54,892 bases of DNA from Candidatus Bathyarchaeota archaeon (GCA_963827165.1 CAWGZR010000007.1:1-54892), one strand, 5' to 3'. Positions 7,652 through 16,968 are shown, numbered from the stretch's first letter. A program made the numbers and translations. Notes: generated from the sequence alone by a model not told the origin.

Positions 7652-9313
7652 TCATGCTACTGCTGTTGCGGGTTTGAAAATCGTCCCAGCGACAGTGGAG
7701 TTTGGTGCAGCAGAGCTAGGAAGGTGCCCTGTAAATCCGGGAAAATTGCAAGTTTCGAGAACGCCTATGCCGTAACCATACCAAATGCCGTATTGAATGT
7801 CGCATGTAAAAGTAAACAAATAATATTTTCCCTCAACTCCAACTGGGATGGTCCAGGGGTTGTAATTGGTTGAGTTATCCCAGTAAGAAAAAGACCCCAC
7901 ATGTATTCCCGTGGTTGAATTGTAGTATTCGCCGTTAGATGTACTTAAGTAAGGTGTGTTTCCCATGAGAAATATTCCGCAGCCTTCTTGTCCATAGGAA
8001 GAAGTGTCACTGTAGACGGTGGTCCACGAATTCAAATCAGAAGACTCTGCCAAGTGAGGATAAACTAATTTCCAACTTGCAGTGCCGTTTGTGTCAATAA
8101 AGTAAAGGTACCATTTTGAATCAATTTTGTAAACGACGGGATCATAAGCAGAATGAAGTGTTACATTAGATAGGGGTACTTGAGAGCTTGTTTGTATTAT
8201 TTGTACTCCCGCGTTTGTTAACGGATTGAATGGCAATATTGCTTGCCAAAGGTCAAGTTTAGCGTCAAGGTCGTTGCTTCCCCATGAAACGAAGAAGTCG
8301 TGCCAAGTTTGTGTTTCTTGATCGAAGAAAATGTCTCCGGCGCCGTCACTAAATATCCCTTTTGTTCCAGTCCCGTTGTCAATCCGGTTATAATACAATA
8401 GTGATATGATTCTGAGTTGATTGCTTGTAAGGTTCCACGATACAATTCCTTGAACGGTTTCTCTAATTCCGTTTCCACCAAGGTCAACCGTGTAGTAAAG
8501 GCAGTTTTGGAAGAGGAATGGTTGTCCCGTGGCGTAAGATATTGGTCGTTCGTCTCTGTATGTTAGTCCCTCAGACTGGAATGCTGAGAAGTTTGAAATT
8601 GTCAGTGAAGTCATCGATGAAACAAAGCCGCTTCTCCACTGGAACTGCCCAACCGCAAACCTCATGTCCCAATATATGTTGTGCTCAAAATTGTTATTGT
8701 TACAGACTTGAGTCCATTGTTCCCCATTGGTTGTATAGTAACCAACCGCGTTTTTGCCTTGAAGAACTAGTGCCATAGTAAATGGACAACTAACATTTGA
8801 CATGCTGCTCATAACTGGCCACGACGTTCCAAAAACATTTTGAGTTAAAGACCAAGTAGCCGTGTCGGGATTATACTCCAAAGCAATATAGTTTGAAGGA
8901 TCTTCGTATATGTGAAGGCCGAATTTCCCGGTTCCCGAATAGGAAGCCACCGTCATTTTGGCGCAGAGGTTGCAGACTTGAAAAGGCTCTGAATTAGAAG
9001 CCATTATGAAGGCTGTCCCGCTTATAGTTGCGGAGCCGCTTGATATTTTGAGCGTGCCATTACCTAATAATGTAAAGTTGGACTCGGAGTTGGTTCCGAA
9101 TTCATCTGTGAAAACTGGGAAGCCATTTCCAAGATTAGGTACAAAACTTGCGATCTTAGAGAAGTTCAGCGTTGAAGGATTGTTGTCTGGGTCAGCGGTG
9201 GCATTATCTTGGGTGTATAACCCGTAAAAGGTGCTAGGCACCAGTAGGGACAAAGCGATTATCGCTAGAATTATTTGCTTTCTTGACCTCTCCAATTCGC
9301 GTTCCCCGATCAA
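7652..9313 (-). CDS. Secreted/membrane-anchored protein with a C-terminal glycoside hydrolase-like 5-bladed beta-propeller
   Basis: N-terminal TM/signal; DPVVYKIDSKWYLYF, HLAESSDLNSW (Asp-box-like), QEG motifs as in GH43/GH32-clan propellers; many N-x-S/T sequons. Confidence 0.55.
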   Translation of the reverse strand: MIGERELERSRKQIILAIIALSLLVPSTFYGLYTQDNATADPDNNPSTLNFSKIASFVPNLGNGFPVFTDEFGTNSESNFTLLGNGTLKISSGSATISGTAFIMASNSEPFQVCNLCAKMTVASYSGTGKFGLHIYEDPSNYIALEYNPDTATWSLTQNVFGTSWPVMSSMSNVSCPFTMALVLQGKNAVGYYTTNGEQWTQVCNNNNFEHNIYWDMRFAVGQFQWRSGFVSSMTSLTISNFSAFQSEGLTYRDERPISYATGQPFLFQNCLYYTVDLGGNGIRETVQGIVSWNLTSNQLRIISLLYYNRIDNGTGTKGIFSDGAGDIFFDQETQTWHDFFVSWGSNDLDAKLDLWQAILPFNPLTNAGVQIIQTSSQVPLSNVTLHSAYDPVVYKIDSKWYLYFIDTNGTASWKLVYPHLAESSDLNSWTTVYSDTSSYGQEGCGIFLMGNTPYLSTSNGEYYNSTTGIHVGSFSYWDNSTNYNPWTIPVGVEGKYYLFTFTCDIQYGIWYGYGIGVLETCNFPGFTGHLPSSAAPNSTVAGTIFKPATAVA

Positions 9314-9474
9314 AGTTCTTGTTGATTGATGTTTAAAGTCTAGACCCAGATGTTTGTATCTTTCGCGTCAGTTACTAAAAAACCTACTTTGGGAATAGAC
9401 GAAAACTTAAGTAAAATAGCATATCATTATTAGGCTGGAGCAACACCTTCTTATTCCTTCCAAGTGTTGGTTCT

Positions 9475-9888
9475 ATGGATTGCAGACTGCAAGTATTCAA
9501 ACTTGATCCGGCAGACGGCAATTTAACAAGGACTTATCGATTCGCCGTCGTCGACTATAGTAGGTCTAAAAGTTACCCTGCTAATTTCGTTTGCATGTTA
9601 CCCGCCAAAGTAGATCAGGGGAAGGGGAAAATCGCCAACGTGTTTGGGACGCTTTTTGGAGATAGAAGCCTAGAATTGGCGATAGGCTTGTTGAATGACG
9701 CGTTAAAAAGCGAAAGCGACGCTGAAGTTAAAACTGAGATTGAGCGAAGACTTAAACTCCTTGACCCTAAGCAAGCGGGCTTAGTTGAATGCAGCCTTTG
9801 CAAGAAAACATTTCGACCGCCCAGAATGAGAAAATACAAACAGCACTATTGCCGCGATTGCTTTAGAAAAAGATTTGGTGTCCGATAA
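9475..9888 (+). CDS. Hypothetical protein with C-terminal zinc finger
   Basis: CSLC...CRDC, basic C-terminus. Confidence 0.65.
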   Translation: MDCRLQVFKLDPADGNLTRTYRFAVVDYSRSKSYPANFVCMLPAKVDQGKGKIANVFGTLFGDRSLELAIGLLNDALKSESDAEVKTEIERRLKLLDPKQAGLVECSLCKKTFRPPRMRKYKQHYCRDCFRKRFGVR

Positions 9889-9947
9889 CAACTCGCATAG
9901 TTTGAATTGGCCGTCAACTCAAAAAACTATGTCGTGATGAATCATTC

Positions 9948-10193
9948 ATGAAAATCGTTAAAGGTTGGAAGCGAATAAGCAATAAAGGCGGTTTTGTCAA
10001 CGAAGTTACTGGACAAACCTTGATCATCGCAAAGCAAGAATTTGGGATGCATTATCACGTTTTACTTTTTACGCAAGAGCGAACCGATGATGCTCAAGGC
10101 AACAAAATATCTCCTGAATATTCCAGTGAACCCAAAGCTGAAACTTTCGCAATGGACTGGATGAAAAAAAATCCAAATGGATTAATCAAGTGA
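9948..10193 (+). CDS. Hypothetical protein
   Basis: 81-aa ORF with natural composition, co-directional with the upstream gene. Confidence 0.55.
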   Translation: MKIVKGWKRISNKGGFVNEVTGQTLIIAKQEFGMHYHVLLFTQERTDDAQGNKISPEYSSEPKAETFAMDWMKKNPNGLIK

Positions 10194-10768
10194 AAAAACA
10201 GATTTTGTTAGCTTTGCAATAGTTTAATGGGAAATGATTTTGGTAATGAGAGTTTTGCTCTCAAGCTTCCTAGTTTAAGACTCTTTCTTTTTGATGGTGT
10301 CACTGTAGCTTTTCTTGCTGTTTTTCTTTCTATAGGTGCAATTGAGTCGAACTGATGATTTACATCTACGACAGTTTTTAACTAATCCTGCCCTTAACAT
10401 ACACATACTTATTTACCTCTTTTTTTTCGGTTTTAGAAAAGAATCAATTATACAATTAGGGCCAATCCAACAGGATAAGAGAAACTCTTCAGCCTACGGA
10501 TAGAGTTCTCTTCTTAATAAAGATTGGAAAATAAATCTTGTTTTTGCCAAAGAAAAACATTGAATTCTCTTTTTCCAAAAAGAATTAAATAACAAATTCT
10601 TTCGAAGTTTTAAGCAAAAAACACAGTTTTCATGTGCATAGCCTAATATAGTTGCCGATGCCATTATTGAGTGTTAGAATTCTTTAGGGAAAGAGTCAAT
10701 CCAAACAGGCTGCTTTTTCTCCAGATTATTCTATTTAAGTTGGCTAGCAGCCAAAATTGGGGTATAAA

Positions 10769-11074
10769 ATGGGTAAAAGAAAAATTACAAATGAAGGCAA
10801 CCTAGACAGCATGGTTTTGCCTTCTTCGAACGACGTTTTAGGCATGGCAGTAAAAATGCTTGGCGCCGACAGAATATTGGTAAAATGCCAAGATGGGAAA
10901 GAACGGTTATGCAGAATCAGAGGCAAACTCAAGAGACGTGTGTGGATCCGTGAAGGCGACATTGTTTTAGTTTCTCCCTGGGATTTCCAGACTGAAAGCA
11001 GAGGAGACATCTTTTGGCGCTACAGAAAGAACCAATCAGATTGGTTAAGAAACCACAATTATCTCACGATGTAG
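10769..11074 (+). CDS. eif1a: Translation initiation factor aIF-1A
   Basis: MLGADR..VKCQDGKERLCRIRGK.KRRVWIREGD.VLVSPWDFQ..RGDI.WRY. Confidence 0.95.
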   Translation: MGKRKITNEGNLDSMVLPSSNDVLGMAVKMLGADRILVKCQDGKERLCRIRGKLKRRVWIREGDIVLVSPWDFQTESRGDIFWRYRKNQSDWLRNHNYLTM

Positions 11075-11093
11075 AGAGGAATGCAAGATTATT

Positions 11094-11258
11094 TTGAAAT
11101 GCACTGAATGTGGAAACACATTCCAAAAAGAACGTCTGATCAATGGCGAAGTGGTTAGTTGTCCAGTTTGCGAGGCTAATTACAAAGCAGCAATGAAAGA
11201 TGGAAAATTACGATTAGAAGATTTGGTCTTTGAAGAACAAGACCTTGGCGAACTATAA
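11094..11258 (+). CDS. LysW-like zinc-ribbon microprotein, 54 aa (absent from the ORF track)
   Basis: TTG start after GAGAGGA; MKCTECG...GEVVSCPVCEA...EEQDLGEL; LysW pattern CxxC..GEVV.CxxC..EDWGE. Confidence 0.72.
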   Translation: MKCTECGNTFQKERLINGEVVSCPVCEANYKAAMKDGKLRLEDLVFEEQDLGEL

Positions 11259-11273
11259 ATAAACAAAATCGAG

Positions 11274-11819
11274 GTGAAACAAATGGGTATGGAAAACAAA
11301 ACCAATTTCATAATTGCCGTTAACGGCTATAAAGTCGTGAAAAAAGAGAAGAATGCCAACTTTACCGATGTTACAGTGTCAGATAGTTTGAATAAAAAGG
11401 TGCTACTGCGAGTAATCGAACCAGTGAGTGATCAATGCATCGTCACTAATGATGTTAAAAGCATGGCTGAGTTAGTAAAACGTGATAGCTACGATTCCGC
11501 GTTTTTGATAAGCAAAAAGTTCACAGATAACGCGGTCAACGAAATGGAGAAACAGAAAATACAACATGTTTCAGACGATTACATGCCTCCTTTCGAAATT
11601 GAAAAGCTTTACATGGCCATAGTTGGTTGCACAAACAATCAATGTCAAAAACAATGCGGTAAAGTTTCGTTAGATAGTTCTGATTGCACGGAAAAGAAGA
11701 CTGCTGACCTCTGCCGAATAAAATCGCTTTCGAACAACGCGAAATCGCACTTTGATCGGGAGCTGGTTGGTTTACTGAAAAACGATCTTAAGATTGCTTT
11801 GGCAATAACCAAACCTTAG
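11274..11819 (+). CDS. Restriction-endonuclease/Mrr-like fold protein with Cys-rich C-terminal part
   Basis: AFLISKKFTDNA..EM....I resembles the Mrr_cat C-terminal motif; C-x4-C-x3-C-x9-C-x8-C cluster. Confidence 0.45.
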   Translation: MKQMGMENKTNFIIAVNGYKVVKKEKNANFTDVTVSDSLNKKVLLRVIEPVSDQCIVTNDVKSMAELVKRDSYDSAFLISKKFTDNAVNEMEKQKIQHVSDDYMPPFEIEKLYMAIVGCTNNQCQKQCGKVSLDSSDCTEKKTADLCRIKSLSNNAKSHFDRELVGLLKNDLKIALAITKP

Positions 11820-11946
11820 TTTTTTCAGATTTTTCCTTTTGTTATCAGCATAATTCGATGAAAAGGTTTAAGTCACTTGGCAAACAATATGGTCACGTTA
11901 ATTATTCGCTATTTTTCATAGCAAAAAATTAACAGGACAAAAGATA

Positions 11947-12165
11947 ATGTCAGAACGCGCCTCAACTGAAATAAAATGTAGTGATTGTGGCAAAACCGCC
12001 GTTGTTCCATTCAAGCCGACAGCAGGCAAACCAGTTTACTGCAGAGAATGTTTAAGCAAACATAGAAGCAGTCGCCCAGAGCGGGGCGGCAAAATGGAAA
12101 CTAGACCCCCAGAACCTGAAAATGAAAAACAAGCTTGGTCTAGACGAAGAGAGAGCTGGAAATAA
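11947..12165 (+). CDS. CxxC-x17-CxxC zinc-ribbon protein
   Basis: CSDCGKTAVVPFKPTAGKPVYCRECL signature. Confidence 0.9.
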   Translation: MSERASTEIKCSDCGKTAVVPFKPTAGKPVYCRECLSKHRSSRPERGGKMETRPPEPENEKQAWSRRRESWK

Positions 12166-12173
12166 AGGTTTTT

Positions 12174-12452
12174 TTAACCTATTAATTGAACAGTTGTACC
12201 TATCGCTTGGCCTGGAACTGGTCGTGCGAACTTTACTTTGACAATACCGTTTCTTCCGTGCGGTCCAACAATTTTTCCGGTATGCGTTTTTTTGCCATTT
12301 ACCCAAATTACCTTTTGTCCGACGAGTTTTCCAGCTAATGAAACAGAATTTACATTGGTAAATTCGATTAAGCATTCTTTGGGTTGTTGTGCTTTTATTC
12401 CAATCCGATAATTAGTTATCCTACCTATTATTTTCTGAGACAAAATATTCAC
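12174..12452 (-). CDS. rpl35ae: 50S ribosomal protein L35Ae (eL33)
   Basis: G.I.NYR.G...Q.P...LI, GKIVGPHGRNGIV.VKF...VPGQAIG. Confidence 0.9.
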   Translation of the reverse strand: MNILSQKIIGRITNYRIGIKAQQPKECLIEFTNVNSVSLAGKLVGQKVIWVNGKKTHTGKIVGPHGRNGIVKVKFARPVPGQAIGTTVQLIG

Positions 12453-12590
12453 CGTTTAAGTACCCCCATTAAGGATTGCATGCATTTAAAGCCTGCCCAA
12501 TTTAACAAGGAAAAGTCACGGTTGCGTGGCTGACCGTTTCAAAATAAACATTAACTCGCCATTCAGATTCATTTTGCGTTGGCGGCAGAC

Positions 12591-12839
12591 TTAGAAATAG
12601 TTTTTTGGGTCCGGCGAGAGAAGGGGATGGTTAGATATGATAAAGTTCCCAACTTCCAATTGCAGATTTAGTTCTCTTTGGGCTACAAAATCCGCTAGTA
12701 ATTTGTATAAATCGGCGCCAAGGCTTTTTCTTTCAACGTATAAAACAAAGCCGTCTTCTTTAGTGTCAAGCATTTTGACTTCTATGCCGCAGTTGGCTTG
12801 GATCTCATGTTTAAACTTCATTGCGTGGGACAAATTCAA
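12591..12839 (-). CDS. Hypothetical protein
   Basis: 82-aa ORF with TTG start, plausible composition. Confidence 0.5.
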   Translation of the reverse strand: MNLSHAMKFKHEIQANCGIEVKMLDTKEDGFVLYVERKSLGADLYKLLADFVAQRELNLQLEVGNFIISNHPLLSPDPKNYF

Positions 12840-12973
12840 CTTAACTCATCCAGCGGACATATGATGCATTTAACTGCACTTACGTAGCGTAATAACTAAT
12901 TGAATCTTTCGTTAAGTTTTTTCATAAAACGGGCAATATACTGTTATATACCATAATTAATAGTATACTTGTT

Positions 12974-13762
12974 ATGTCAGAGCACAAACTTGAATGGCCT
13001 GAATCCGGCGAACTCGTCATAGCCAGTATTGAGAGCGTTATGGATTACGGGGCCTATGCAAATCTGGATGAATACCAGAAACGAGGTTTTCTTCACATTT
13101 CTGAAATTTCCAGCGCCAGAGTAAGAAACGTTCGCGATTATGTTCGTGAAAAACAAAAAATGGTGCTAAAAGTCGTCCATGTTAACCTTGAAAAAGGCCA
13201 CATTGACCTATCTCTCAGACGCGTTACAAAACGAGAGAGGATCGAAAAGGTAAAGGCTTGGAAAAAGGAACGCAAGGGCGAGGTTCTTTTGCGGGCGGTG
13301 GCTGAAAAGGTGGGTTTGCCGGTTGAGGAAGTTTACCAGAAAGCTGGTACAATTCTGGAAGAAAGATTCGGTTTATATGAAGGCTTCGAAGAAGTGCTTA
13401 AAGAAGGTGCCGAGGCTCTGACAAAACTCGGAATACCTGAGGATATCGCGACAGCTTTTTTCCAAGTAGCTGAAGAGCGCATCCGCATCAAAATGGTACA
13501 GGTGAAAGGTGTTCTAGAAATTCGCTGTATGAAGCGAAACGGTGTCGGATGCATCAGAGATGCATTTACCGGCGCGAAGAAATCAATTAAAGCGAAAGAC
13601 GCTAAAATCGAGTTTTCCGTTATTGCCGCGCCGAAATACAGCGTGGAAGTTTCAGCTGATAATTGGAAACGCGCTGAAGACCTACTTGATGAAGTGAGCC
13701 AAAAAGTAGTGGCCAACATTACAGAAGAAGGCGGACATGGCTCCTTCAAGCGAGAAAAATAA
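12974..13762 (+). CDS. eif2a: Translation initiation factor aIF-2 alpha subunit
   Basis: WPE.GELV, YGAY..LDEY, LHISEISS..VRNVRDYV, KGHIDLSLRRV, AAPKY. Confidence 0.95.
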   Translation: MSEHKLEWPESGELVIASIESVMDYGAYANLDEYQKRGFLHISEISSARVRNVRDYVREKQKMVLKVVHVNLEKGHIDLSLRRVTKRERIEKVKAWKKERKGEVLLRAVAEKVGLPVEEVYQKAGTILEERFGLYEGFEEVLKEGAEALTKLGIPEDIATAFFQVAEERIRIKMVQVKGVLEIRCMKRNGVGCIRDAFTGAKKSIKAKDAKIEFSVIAAPKYSVEVSADNWKRAEDLLDEVSQKVVANITEEGGHGSFKREK

Positions 13763-14112
13763 TGGTGTATTGCATGAGAGACACTAGCGACAAGATAGTT
13801 TGGGGAAAAGTGGAAAAAGTCGGGAAAGGCACTCGAGCGAACTACGACCTCGGCAAGAAAACAATAACTTTCTGCTTTAATCGGAATCTCGAAACGTCAA
13901 GTGAGCAACTACGCAAACTTCGGGAGACTCTTATGAAGGAACTGAAAGATTTAGGCTACCCGAGCCGCATGAAGTATAACGGGGAAGTTGTTGTGGAAAA
14001 CATTGAAGAGGAAAATGTGGTTCTAGTCACAGAAAACCATAAACTCACTATTCGCCTCAACCCAAAACAATCTCCCGAAAAACCAAGCGGCACTCAAGAA
14101 ACACCAACCTAA
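13762..14112 (+). CDS. Hypothetical protein
   Basis: ORF overlapping the eif2a stop (TAATG). Confidence 0.55.
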   Translation: MVYCMRDTSDKIVWGKVEKVGKGTRANYDLGKKTITFCFNRNLETSSEQLRKLRETLMKELKDLGYPSRMKYNGEVVVENIEEENVVLVTENHKLTIRLNPKQSPEKPSGTQETPT

Positions 14113-14230
14113 ATGCCTCAATTAATGCAATTGCCGTTTCAGCCTATTTCTTTTTTCGAATCGGCTCAAAGATGCTTTTCTTTTATTGAAAAATCTTTTA
14201 AGCGTGACCATAGTATATCATGCTGATATT

Positions 14231-14299
14231 ATGCCATCTTTGAAAAAGAAGAATGCTGGAAAAAAAGCAAAGCACGAAGCTAAAACGGGCAAGCAATAA
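14231..14299 (+). CDS. 22-aa Lys-rich micropeptide
   Basis: MPSLKKKNAGKKAKHEAKTGKQ*; TTTTAA box at 14196-14201 about 30 nt before the ATG; T-run after the stop. Confidence 0.45.
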   Translation: MPSLKKKNAGKKAKHEAKTGKQ

Positions 14300-14509
14300 G
14301 CTGCTCTTTTCCTTAAGCGCAAAACAAAAGCAACGTTAGTACAGCGTTGCTATTGCCAGTTTTTTCCTTCTCTTAAAAACCGCTTCGGTATTTTCCGTGA
14401 ACGCTTAAACTCTTGAGCGGATCGAGGGCAATTGAATTGAGGAAAGAATGCAGGAGGCTATAACGGGAAAGCTTAGGCGCCCGCTTTTTTGTGAAAATTT
14501 CTCTTTGCG

Positions 14510-14956
14510 CTATTTGGACAGCCCAAGCTGCTGCATAAACCCGACTACATCGTAGAACAGTCTTTCTTCCACAATTTCGCCGTTTTTCCATGTTGCAACC
14601 GTGCAAAATTCAAGTTTCGCCGTCTTACCGGTAGGTGGAACTACTTTTCCATCTGCGCCCTTCATCGATCCTTTCATGGTTACAGTCCAATCAGCCACCG
14701 TGCACGTGTGGGTTTCATCTGCGAATGCTATTTTGTATGGGTTATTGATTAAGTGGTTGTCAAACGTCTTGAAAAAGTCAGTTGCCTCTACATCGTGACT
14801 GTGTCTTCCTATTGTTGGGTTAGGCTGGGCGGGCCAGTACACTTTGACGTCTTCTTTGTGACGCTTCTTAAAAGTCTCCCAAAGCGGCGAGTTGGGTCCT
14901 GCATTCCAAGCATCATCAAGCGTCTTCATCAACTCAAGATTTTCTTTAGCTCCCAT
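14510..14956 (-). CDS. SnoaL-like/ester cyclase family protein
   Basis: DDAWN, PPTGK...EFCTVA.W.NG.IVEE.LFYD..GFMQQLGL. Confidence 0.85.
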   Translation of the reverse strand: MGAKENLELMKTLDDAWNAGPNSPLWETFKKRHKEDVKVYWPAQPNPTIGRHSHDVEATDFFKTFDNHLINNPYKIAFADETHTCTVADWTVTMKGSMKGADGKVVPPTGKTAKLEFCTVATWKNGEIVEERLFYDVVGFMQQLGLSK

Positions 14957-15170
14957 AAAATCAACCTCACCTATAGTTTACCGTTTAATCCTAATAAATT
15001 TTGTATATGCATAGTGAAAGAGCGGTAAATGTTACCATTACAAAACGGATGCATCACGGTGCCACTATTAGCAGTCGCCATCCTAAAAGAAAGAGAAACC
15101 AACCTTTGAAAATTACCTTATAGAGTCACACTTGAACCCGCATCAAACCCGCCACCAAGCGCCGCGATAG

Positions 15171-16796
15171 TCAAAACGATTGACGAGACGCAAACTGTTT
15201 CTTCAATGGCGTTGGTCGAGTTAGATAGATTTTCCAAGCTATTTTCTTCTTTGCAATTATAATCACGGAAATGATTATTATTATCATAAAGACGACAAGC
15301 GTGATTCCTGACAATTGGGCCAGAAATTCTGGAACTGATGGAGACGGCGAAACAGTTGTCACAGTGTTTAAAGTCGTACTTATCACCAAGACCGAACCGT
15401 CTGCATTTGTAACATAGGCATATTTGCCATCAGGAGTTATAGCCACCCACTGAGGATTACCGCCAAGGGTCGCTGTCGCATTCACTGTGTTTGAAGCCGT
15501 GCTTATCACCGACACCGTACCGTCGGCATTTGCGACATAGGCATATTCGCCATTGGGTGTCACAGCAACACCTATAGGATCACCACCAACGGTCACATTC
15601 ACTTTCACTATATTTGAAGCCGTGCTTATCACCGAGACCGTACCGCCGTAATTTGTAACATAGGCATATTCGCCATTAGGACACACTGCCACATCATTAG
15701 GACCATTACCAACGGTCACTGTCGCCTTCACCGTGTTTGAAGCCGTACTAATCACCGAGACCCCGTCTCCATTTGTAACATAGACATATTCGCCATTAGG
15801 AGTCACAGCCACAGCACCAGGTTGAACATTACCAATATTTACTGTCGCCTTCACCGTGTTCGAAGCCGTACTAATCACCGAGACCGTACCACCATCAGTA
15901 CCGAAGTCATTTGCAACATAGACATATTCGCCATTAGGAGAAACAGCCAAAAACTGAGCATCACCAACGGTCGGACGATAACCAACGCTCAGTGTCGCCT
16001 TCACCGTGTTTGAATCTGTGCTTATCACCGAGACCCAGCCACCATTTGTAACATAGGCATACTCGCCATTAGGAGTCACAGCCACATCATAAGAACTACT
16101 TAAAGCGGTCACTGTCGCCTTCACCGTGTTCGAAGCCGTACTTATCACCGAAACCGAACCGCTCCCTCTATTTGCAACGTAAACGTATTTACCGTTAGGC
16201 GTTACAGCCAAACCCTCAGGAAGGCTAAAACCCGTTATAGTCTCTGTCACCGTCAACGCCTGGACTGGCTTTTCGCCCAAGCTTTCAATCAGTTGCCACC
16301 CGCTCTCGCCTTCTGCAGAATTGCCGTTTTCTCCGAAGTACACATCAAAATAATAGTTCCCTCTCACCCACACAAACTCCCAATAGCTTTCACCGCTTTG
16401 TGTATGCTGGCAATACCCGCTGATTATCCCTGAAATGCTTATGTTACCCGAAGATATGTTGCCAGCTACCGTTTCATTTTGGTATTCTGCAAGAATAGAT
16501 GTTGCATCCTCGGTTAGAGAAGCGATAGAATAGGATAGCCCCATTGAATTTTCATAGTTGACAACGACAAAATCTGCTGAATCGTTTGATTCGAAAGCCA
16601 TTTGACCGGCGCCCTGCGGGTCATGTATCCCCTTGAGAGATGGATAAGCAGTCTCACTTTTTAAATACCAGTTCGCAGGTAACGTTACAGTCGGCTTCAA
16701 AAGTGCATTTCCGATTGGAACAGCGATCAGAAACAAGAAGGAGAGGACAAGTAGGATGCCCACAACTTTCATAGTTTTTGTTGCCCCTCGCTTCAT
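15171..16796 (-). CDS. Surface protein with YVTN 7-bladed beta-propeller and PEF-CTERM-like anchor
   Basis: Signal peptide; seven repeats VAVTPNGEYAYVTN..G.VSVISTASNTVKATV; VPEF followed by a TM helix and KKK. Confidence 0.88.
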   Translation of the reverse strand: MKRGATKTMKVVGILLVLSFLFLIAVPIGNALLKPTVTLPANWYLKSETAYPSLKGIHDPQGAGQMAFESNDSADFVVVNYENSMGLSYSIASLTEDATSILAEYQNETVAGNISSGNISISGIISGYCQHTQSGESYWEFVWVRGNYYFDVYFGENGNSAEGESGWQLIESLGEKPVQALTVTETITGFSLPEGLAVTPNGKYVYVANRGSGSVSVISTASNTVKATVTALSSSYDVAVTPNGEYAYVTNGGWVSVISTDSNTVKATLSVGYRPTVGDAQFLAVSPNGEYVYVANDFGTDGGTVSVISTASNTVKATVNIGNVQPGAVAVTPNGEYVYVTNGDGVSVISTASNTVKATVTVGNGPNDVAVCPNGEYAYVTNYGGTVSVISTASNIVKVNVTVGGDPIGVAVTPNGEYAYVANADGTVSVISTASNTVNATATLGGNPQWVAITPDGKYAYVTNADGSVLVISTTLNTVTTVSPSPSVPEFLAQLSGITLVVFMIIIIISVIIIAKKKIAWKIYLTRPTPLKKQFASRQSF

Positions 16797-16858
16797 TCTT
16801 CCACCTAGCGCGCTCTTTCTTAACTTGTAACGATGCTCGATGCGATAAAAGGCTACCC

Positions 16859-16898
16859 GTCAAACTTTCTTGACTAAGCTCAGTCAAAGTCTCTTGAC
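16859..16898. promoter_or_regulatory. Two tandem GTCAA-N6-TTGAC dyads (putative operator)
   Basis: GTCAAACTTTCTTGAC at 16859 and GTCAAAGTCTCTTGAC at 16883, just upstream of the YVTN gene TATA-like box. Confidence 0.5.
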
Positions 16899-16968
16899 TT
16901 TGGGCTACGAGCGCGGTCGTGAAGTGGGAGATTGCAGCGCCTTGGCATAATAAGAGTATCATGTTCGC

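Noticed and set aside
10200-10410. Small basic minus-strand ORF
   Set aside because: Under 50 codons or needs a frameshift; no motif to support it.
15125-15170. ACTTGAACCCGC, resembling a reverse-complemented tRNA T arm
   Set aside because: Too short, with no acceptor-stem or CCA match; could be chance.
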